64,000 nt of DNA, from positions 4,712,001 to 4,776,000 of the forward strand of contig OX597825.1 of assembly GCA_951406725.2 (NCBI GenBank), read 5' to 3'. Origin of the DNA: Octopus vulgaris (Eukaryota). Below are positions 55,036 through 64,000 of the stretch, piece after piece. Made by a program: the position numbers and the translations under genes. Under the pieces are notes generated by a model. That model ran no database searches. It was not told where the DNA came from and saw only the letters and a program-made list of their open reading frames with translations. The stretch's first letter is position 1; every line of letters starts with the position of its first letter.

Positions 55036-56055
55036 GATTTGATTATGACGCGCCTTGTTTCTCAAAGCGGTTTTCGGCCTCTCAGTGCATGGTCTGTTTG
55101 AAAATCAGGACGCTGGTACATGAGAAATCACGAGAAGAAGAAAAAACAAAAAGGGTGAAGCAAAAAGTGGAGAGGTGAATAAAAACGGAAGAAGAAAATA
55201 AAGAAAATTATAGTTACGTCTCTTTTGACCGTGAAAACCATAATTACACCAGATGTTGTAGAATAATTCAACAGACATACCAAATAGAAGGCAAATCCTC
55301 CAACGCTGGTTATTAATTATCCACAACAAACTTTAGATTAGAAACCGACCCAGGAAAGACGTTTTTTTTTGTGAGAACAGTAAACTGAATTATTCCTTTG
55401 AATGTAATAATGAAAATAAAGATGAAAAGCTGAAGGACTGACGACGAGAAGTTACTATATGATTACAGTTAGCCAAAAGGGTCACGCCATTTTATAGGCA
55501 GTTCATTCTTTGCACTTCTCACTTAAGACATAAATACACACACACACACATACACACACACATACACACACACACTCACTCACACACACCATGCATACAC
55601 TCATACACATACATACACACAGACTCATGCATACACTTGTGGTTGGCGTACCTACTAATATCCGTTGTAGTGAGATGAAATTAAAACTCAATGGCTTCAT
55701 AGAGATGATGGTGTAGGTTGCATTGGTTTCAATGGTGGTGACACAGGTAGCGTGTTGTTGGCGGAGCAGTGCTTGGATTGTTTTTGTTAACTGCGTTATT
55801 GTGGCGGTTTAGACTCCAGTTAATCCTCATAGAACCAAGAACTAAGATCAAAGAATATTTTATTCAACATTTACGTCAGGGCAACAAATTGTATTTTTTA
55901 TTTCAAGTGGATTTCTCTAACTTCTTCATGCTGTATATTATTGCTGTTGTCCTTGATGGTTGTGTTCGAGTTCATGATAGACACACAGACGCACACGTAC
56001 ATATATCCATACATACACACATGCACACGCATATATGCAGCCACGCATAGACCAA

Positions 56056-56094
<39 letters not shown>

Positions 56095-57167
56095 TGTATG
56101 TATGTATCTATGTATTCATATATGTGTATGCATATATATACACTCTGACTCACTGTACATTATATATATCTATATATCTATATAAGGATCTGTATATATA
56201 TATGTGTGAGTATGTGTATATATGTGTGTGAGTGTGTGTAAGTACAAGTATGTGTGTGTAACGTTACACTATACTTTGATCTTAACTTAGATGCATATGG
56301 ACATTGAGCTAAGAAGAAATTGCAGTGTTAAATTGTTAATTAAAAACGCGGTGGATGACTTCATATATGTTTGTATGTATGTATGAATGTATGTATGTAT
56401 TAATGTATGTATTAATGTATGTATGTATTAATGTATGCATGTATGTATGTATGTATGTATGAATGTATGTATGTATGTATTAATGTATGTATGTATGTAT
56501 GTATGAATGTATGTATGTATGTATGTATGTATGCATGTATACATGTATGTATGCATGTATGTATGTATGTATTAATGTATGTATTAATGTATGTATGTAT
56601 TAATGTATCTATGTATGTATGTATGTATGTATGTATGAATGTATGTATGTATGTATGTTTGTATGTATGTATGTATGTATTAATGTATGTATACAACAAT
56701 ACTCTTACGAATTTCAATACGAACTCTTCCATTATTCAGAAACATATCTTTCTCCTCTCGACTGCTTTTGTAGGGTCTCGCACCAGTGGTGGGGTTTCGA
56801 GTACTTCAAGTAAAATTTGAGCTCGACTTTATGTTTCCGTGTCTCATTGGTTCAATCCGAAGTTTCTTGCAGCTGCTTTGGTGCTATCTTCAGCATAACA
56901 TTTAAGCACCTCTTATTTATCAGATAAATAATAGATGCTAACTTGAACCGTTCCAGAAAATTAATAGTTTTGCAGTCATCTATCTTTATTTAGGTGTGAT
57001 AATTTATAGATAATTTTAAAGATAATAAATTATATTTGTATAAATATAAATTTATTTTAGATAAATGAAATACTGAAAGCTAATAACATCGAATTATGAT
57101 ACATTATCTATTTATAAATGTATATATATACATATATATATGTATATATATATATATATATATACAT

Positions 57168-57242
<75 letters not shown>

Positions 57243-58133
57243 TGTATATATGTATGGTATGTATGTATATCTATCTATCTATATCTATATATTTATATAT
57301 ATATATATATATACGTATATATTTATGTATGAATATATACATATATATGTATACATATTATATATATATGTATATATATGTATGTATTTATATATATATA
57401 TATACGTGTATGTGCATGTCTGTGTATGTGTTTGTATGAATATGTGTGTGTATAGATATGTATGCATGTATATATATATGAATAGATATGTATGTATGTA
57501 TATATATGCATGTATTCATAGATGCAAACACACAGACACACACATATACATACATACAGCGCTGGTAATACTTTTCTTCAAACGCTAGCCTTATACATGC
57601 AAATTTGCATACGCGCGCAAATTCGCTCACACACACATATATATATATATATATAAATATACACACACACCTACGTCTCTACTAAAACTGTTTACTCGCG
57701 CACAATCGTCATGTTAATTTCGCTGACACATCACTAAAACACTTTCCTATTATAAATCATATAATGTGAGTTTATGGCGATTTAACACCCAGAATCAAGC
57801 TACATATTATATTCGTGTAATATTGTAATTGTAGTTTTACGATATATTTCTTTTACGTTCTGAGTTTCAGTTGAATTGAGCTTTAACCATCTATTTCCTT
57901 GTGAGTATTTAGTTAAGTATGTGTTAAGTAGGGACTGAGGACCTGAGGGCTCAGACAATTTAACTGAGTCATACTAATATTTTATAATCGAAGAAGAATG
58001 AAAGAATTAGTGGAATTTGAAGGATAACTTTTGAGATTGTAATTTCTAATATTAAGGGTACCAAGAATACAAAATGACGCTGAAATGAGTCATTATTTCG
58101 TCGCAACATTAACTATCGGCCGCTCCTGGCACT

Positions 58134-58188
58134 AATTATTTTTATTATTATTATTATTTTTATAATTATTATTATTATTATTATCATA

Positions 58189-58278
<90 letters not shown>

Positions 58279-58377
58279 GTTATAATTATTATTATTATTA
58301 TTATTATTACCTTTATTATTATTGTTATTATTATTATCATTATTATTATTATTAATAATAATAATAATAATAATAAC

Positions 58378-58464
<87 letters not shown>
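58134..58464. repeat. (ATT)n directly abutting (AAT)n, an inverted microsatellite pair
   Basis: Switch at about 58353. Confidence 0.95.
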
Positions 58465-58573
58465 CGGTACCCATCGCTACGCTGCTGATAAAAATATTTG
58501 TTAATCAAGCAGGTACCTTCGTAAATTGTTCAAAGTGAAAATCTTTGTTTATATGTTGAAAGGCATACAGAAG

Positions 58574-58630
<57 letters not shown>

Positions 58631-58939
58631 ACACTCATACACACACTCTTGCATACACAATGTTGGCGTATTTTCTGATAGCCGTTGTAGCCAGTCGGAT
58701 TCGAAAGTTAGGGGTTTCATAGCTGTGGGTTTTTAATCAAAACCTGTTAGTTACTAAGAAGACAACACTACCTATTTATCTACCCTTCACAAACACACAC
58801 AAACACACACACATTCTCTCTCTCTCTCTCTCTCCCTCACTGTATTTCTCTCTCAACTGCAGTTTTACCTTCTCCGCTTCTTCCTTCTCTCAACACAAAT
58901 GTTGCTACGGACAGACAGTCGGAGATCAGCTTCTCTTTT

Positions 58940-59146
<207 letters not shown>

Positions 59147-59404
59147 AGACAGCTGGCAAGCACAATCGTGAGAGCATCGGACAAAATATTTTGCAAGGGG
59201 GTGAAGGAAGATTTCCGGTGTTCGTGGTGGGGGCCAGAATTGCAATAGTATATCACTGGCAAGTAAACAATTTTCTAACGTTGATGAGAAAAAGATAACA
59301 AAATAGAAATATGTCTGTGTTTCTAAAGTTGATGAGAGAAAGAAAAAGAAAGAAAAAAATATCTATAAAGACATGTAAGCAACTTTCTAACCTGGATGAG
59401 GAAG

Positions 59405-59812
59405 AGAAAATTTCGGCTGTCTTAACGTTCTGAGTTCAAATTCCGCCGAGATCGACTTTGTCTTTCATCCTTTTGGGGTCGATAAAATAAGTACCAGTTG
59501 AGCACTGGGGATCGATATAACCGACTTATCCCTCCCCCGGGAATTCCTGGCCTTTTTTCCAAAATTTGAAATCCTTTTTATTTTGGTTTGGCTCAGCTTC
59601 GTTCTTATTCCTGGTAGGATCTATGTGGGTAGCGGTTTACTACCTGTAACCTTAGGTATCCACAATTTTTTAGCAGTTTTTCAAGCGATTAGAACCCTTC
59701 TGATATTCGAGGTCGATAAATTAAGTACCAGTGAAACTCCGGAGTCGATGTAAACCACTAGTCCCCTCCCCACAAAATTTCAGGCCTTGTGCCTTTAGCA
59801 GAAAAGATTAAT
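59405..59812 (+). mobile_element. Two partial family 1 SINEs (about 59405-59570 and 59695-59812)
   Basis: GAGTTCAAATTCC B box, GGTCGATAAA..AAGTACCAG core, tail A. Confidence 0.8.
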
Positions 59813-59820
59813 ATTATTAT

Positions 59821-60502
59821 TAGGATATGGGCAGTTCCCATGTGCTCTATCTTTTGAATTTCTGCCATCTTGGAGTTTCCTGGTATCTGCGCTAGGTAGC
59901 AACCAGCCCCTTTTGCTATCATTCCTGGGCACTTATGACAACAGGTATTCCTTTTGTCTTCAGGTTCCACTATTTGCTAATTTCAGTTTTTGGTAGGTCT
60001 TGACAGATACGTTTATATCAATTGGGACAGTCATATTAATGAGGAGGCACGATTTTTGTCTGACGTCTTTCAATATAATGTCTGGCCTATTTGCATCTAT
60101 CTTTCTGTCAGTTTGAATGGTGAAGTTCGAGAGGAGTGAGATGTGATCATTTTCAAGCACTGGGGGTGGTTTGTGTTCCCACCAGTTTTTATCATGGCAC
60201 AGGTCCAGGTTTTTGCAAATTACCTAGTGAATATACTGTGCTGCTCTTTCATGCCTGTTGAGATACTCTGTAGGCGCAAAAAGACTGCACGTGAACATAA
60301 CATGATCAATGGTTTAATTTGTTGTTGACATACACGACATGTTGGGCTACTGCCGTTCTTTAATATGTTGGCCTGGTGGTTCCTTGTTGGTAGGCATTGA
60401 TCTTGAGCTGCTATGATAAACCTTTCTGTTTCAAATTTTAAGCCAGAGGCCATTAGCCATTGATGGGTCAGGTCTTTGTCAACATCGCCATTATTAGTTC
60501 TC
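59821..60502 (-). mobile_element. R4/Dong-clade C-terminal fragment (CCHC + restriction-like endonuclease)
   Basis: THQWLMASGLKFETERFIIAAQDQCLPTRN, CRVC, IQTDRKIDANRPDIILKD, EIQKIEHMGTAHIL. Confidence 0.9.
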
Positions 60503-60584
<82 letters not shown>

Positions 60585-60930
60585 GCCTTTGCAGAGCTTC
60601 TAACGCTGGAGATGTACTACAGTGTCAGCAGTTCACTATCAGTGAACTTAGGTAACACCTCTTATTTTTCGAGCACTTTCTGGAGTATTCGAGCGGTTCC
60701 AAGCAGTGCTGTTTTCTGCAAGTGCTCCACCCTCATTGAAGCCCCTATTTATTCCATGTAGCTCTCAATATTTTTATTCACTGTTCCCAGGGTTCCGACA
60801 ATTATTGGTACTACTGCCACCATTTTCATCGGCCACAACTGCTTAATTTCCCAAGCTAACCTGTCATACCTATCGACTTTTCTTTCTTCCTTATCGCATA
60901 CCCTGTTGTCAGCTGGGCATGCTATATCTA
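60585..60930 (-). mobile_element. Second R4/Dong family, 3' end with UTR, (TAA)n on both sides
   Basis: IDIACPADNRVCDKEERKVDRYDRLAWEIKQLW..VPIIVGTLG..LQKTALLGTARILQKVLEK* (stop 60664-60662). Confidence 0.9.
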
Positions 60931-60987
60931 TTATTATTATTGTTGTTGTTATTGTTATTATTATTATTATGATTATTGTTGTTGTAG

Positions 60988-61024
<37 letters not shown>

Positions 61025-61465
61025 CGTTGTTGTTATTGTTGTTGTTCCATCAGTAAATAACTGACAAAAAATGAATAACTTTTAGCCCCGCATTTGTAGA
61101 TAATGAATAATTAAATATTCATATTATTGGTGGCACTATCATGTCGTATTTTCGAAACATTTCAATGTTATCTCTGTTTATTTATTGAATTACTTCAGAA
61201 CACTTTTATGATTTGAAACTTGTCTGAAGAACAAATTATCGATATTTAATTAAAAGATAATCAATCTAGTGAAGTTAGCTAAGAATAACCGAAAAAAGAA
61301 ATAAAATACACAAAGACCACACAAAATATACATCCATTCATATCTTTTATCTTTTACTTGTTTCAGTCATTAAACTGCAGCCATTCTGGGACACTGGCTT
61401 CAAGAATTCTTAGTCGAAGGAATTGGCCACAGTACTTGTTTTATTATTATTATTATTATTATTAT

Positions 61466-61519
<54 letters not shown>

Positions 61520-61548
61520 CAGCAGCAGCAGTAGTAGTAGTAGTAGTT

Positions 61549-61579
<31 letters not shown>

Positions 61580-61590
61580 TAGTAGTAGTT

Positions 61591-61628
<38 letters not shown>

Positions 61629-61706
61629 TGTAGTAGTAGTAGCAGCAGCAGCAGTAGTAGTAGTAGTAGTAGTGTAGTAGCAGCAGCAGCAGCAGTAGTA
61701 GTAGTT

Positions 61707-61766
<60 letters not shown>

Positions 61767-61774
61767 TATATCAC

Positions 61775-61937
61775 TAAAACGTTTTCTGTTTTCTCTCCGT
61801 GTTTATTTTGGTGTTCCTTTCTGCCAAAGAGCGTAGGCCCGAAACGTAAAAGACTTCCTCACTTCCCGAGCGTTAAAGTAATACCTTTGTTTGTTGTTTT
61901 CACACCTGTCTTCGTCTTTTGTTTTTTTTAAATTCTC

Positions 61938-61940
<3 letters not shown>
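61775..61940 (+). mobile_element. PLE pLTR-like remnant with decayed hammerhead (61817-61852)
   Basis: CTTT-ctg-CCAAAGA-G-CGTAGGCC-C-GAAACGTA-AAAG: GAAACGTA and CTTT/AAAG stem I are kept, the CUGA box is mutated. Confidence 0.4.
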
Positions 61941-62001
<61 letters not shown>

Positions 62002-62017
62002 CATATATTTTGTCTAG

Positions 62018-62240
62018 TATAGAGATAAGCGCTACTAACAGTTTCTGGCTGTGAAAACACATGATAGGCAGGTCTTTATAGCACTGCTTGTGTCTCCAAG
62101 TAATCTTCGTGCTCCGAGTACACGGTCTGCTCAAGAACCGGTAGATTGCTTGGAGGCACAAGATACATTATAAAAATTTGCCTAGACACGTGTCTTCACA
62201 GCAAGAAACTGTTTGTTGATTAGTAGCTATTATCGCTATA
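62018..62240. mobile_element. Palindromic MITE-like foldback element
   Basis: About 85-bp imperfect arms: GCTACTAACAGTTTCT.GCTGTGAA.ACAC..CTTGTGTCTCCAAGTAATCT versus AGATTGCTTGGAGGCACAAG..GTGTCTTCACAGCAAGAAACTGTT..TAGTAGC. Confidence 0.8.
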
Positions 62241-62338
62241 CCCTGTACATTAAATAATATCTATCACTGAATGGAGTACCTTCTTGTTGATCGAATGTTA
62301 ACGGAACAGTAAACTCCGTGTGTGTGTGTATGTGAGTT

Positions 62339-62375
<37 letters not shown>

Positions 62376-63288
62376 ATAGATGGATAGATAGACAGATAGA
62401 CAGACAGACAGACACATTCACTCTCACTCAAGGTTCTAGGGCCCTTAAGAATGACTTTGATTTGTAGACGTGCCTCTTTAGGCAGCAGCTAAATTGCGTG
62501 TTTGCCAAACGGGAAGTAATCAGACCAAAATACCATAACATCAAAACCAATAAGTCTTACTTTTATACCTTCATATATAAACGTATGTGATAGACCTAGA
62601 CTCCTCAACCTCACCATCACCACTTTTCCCAGCCATGTACACATTTATACATACGTGTATGAGTGCGTGTGGATATGCCCAAACGTGCGTGAATGCACGT
62701 TCCCATCTGTTCTCCACTCTCTCTCTTCTCACTCTTCTCCTCTTAACATTATTCTACTATCTCACCTTCTTTCACCTTCTGTTCTCCTATATCACCTTGC
62801 TTATTGAATAATGTCCATAAATAGACCATATAAAGGCTTTCAGCGCACACCATTTAGTATTTTTAGCTGTAATACAGAGCAAGCCTATCAAATGGTTTGC
62901 GGAAATGCACGTATGTTACATGAAGTTTTAAAATACCAATTATATTGTCTCTGTTTTCGGTATTTCCCATTCCTACGTGGCTCGAACTCCGCATGCTAGC
63001 TTCTCCCGTGATTTGATGATAGCCTTCACACCATATGGAATAAAAGCGTAGAGTGTGAAACAGATTAACGCCTCCACATTATTTGGTAATGTGTCGTGCT
63101 TTGCAGCCCACTTTTAAATTGTACGCGTATGTAAATATTTATATTTGGTACTAATGAGCACCACTTTTGCTAGAAATAAGAGTCAAAGCAACTCAATAGC
63201 CATGGTGCTGGTTACAGCCTTTTGTGACTTTAGTGACGTCTACATTTCTACCGTTAGGTTGCACGATTGCGAATAAGCCACCCATATT

Positions 63289-63415
63289 CTTTTCTACTCT
63301 AAGCACAAGGCCCGAAATTTTGGAGGAGGGAGCCAGTCGATTAGATCGACCCCAGTATGCAACTGGTGCTTAATTTATCGAGCCCGAAAGGATGAAAGGT
63401 AAAGCCAACTCGCCT
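63289..63415 (-). mobile_element. SINE family 1, truncated, with 14-bp TSD
   Basis: AAGCCACCCATATT (63275-63288) / AAGCCACCTATATT (63421-63434). Confidence 0.85.
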
Positions 63416-63782
63416 CATTAAAGCCACCTATATTATATATATATATTATATATATATATATAATATATAATATATATTATAACGGCCTATCAAAAAGTTG
63501 AATATACTCGACTAAAAATTCATAAACTAGCAAAAAACCTAATAGACAAATATAAAATAAAATAAAGGTAAAAGTAAAATAAAATAAAATAAAGTAAAAT
63601 AAATGTCCACCACTAAAAAAGTTTTACCGGATGATTATAAATGTGTATGCATGTATGTGTAGATCTATATAAGTATATATGCACGCATACATGGGTGTTT
63701 GCACGTTTGTATGCAGGACTTTTATCTCATGTGTTTGGGTGTAAACATATCAAAAGTGTTTTTAAAGTTAGAGATAATGTGT

Positions 63783-63816
<34 letters not shown>

Positions 63817-63871
63817 GACAGAGACAGAGGGAGAGAGAGTGTGTGTGTAGATATGTAGAGAGAGAGATATA

Positions 63872-64000
63872 TATAAGAGCTACTAATAATTTTTGCTGTG
63901 AAGACACGTGTCTAGGCAAATTTTATAACGCACAGTGCATCTCCAACTACTTCCCAGGCTCTGATCACACCGTGTGCTCTGGTCTGCTTGAAGATAGTTT
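63872..64000. mobile_element. Second copy of the 62018-62240 MITE family, opposite orientation, runs off right edge
   Basis: GCTGTGAAGACACGTGTCTAGGCAAATTTT is the reverse complement of the right arm of the first copy. Confidence 0.75.

Noticed and set aside
56850-56900. CTGAAGA..GAAAC hammerhead-like motif on the minus strand
   Set aside because: No UH cleavage site or stem I after GAAAC; stem II is mismatched.

Overview
AT-rich, microsatellite-dense eukaryotic DNA. The SINE repertoire resembles that of octopus (coleoid cephalopod) genomes; this is an inference from recalled consensus sequences, not a search. I find no supportable host protein-coding gene, rRNA, true tRNA or CRISPR array. 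Nearly all ORF-track entries are translations of simple repeats. The window is a mosaic of transposons. There are three Penelope-like elements (PLEs): an open 459-codon frame with a large Asn-rich insert running off the left edge, a Neptune-type 3' half with a well-preserved pLTR, and a decayed Naiad-type copy. It also holds four R4/Dong-type LINE pieces, CR1, L1/Tx1 and RTE-like remnants, a Gypsy integrase remnant, two Tc1 ends, a non-autonomous Helitron, palindromic MITEs and many copies of three tRNA-derived SINE families. Best leads: (1) the Naiad copy has TGA, TAA and TGA at three conserved Cys positions, the pattern expected of a selenocysteine-encoding retrotransposon; (2) the Neptune pLTR has six fixed-spacing CCAAT/CRE modules, a TATA box, a Kozak ATG, a splice donor and a U3-A8 hammerhead, all pointing into flanking DNA; (3) several hammerhead ribozyme motifs; (4) a compound three-unit SINE inserted as one unit at two loci. 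All calls are manual motif readings; boundaries are approximate unless a TSD or terminus is quoted.
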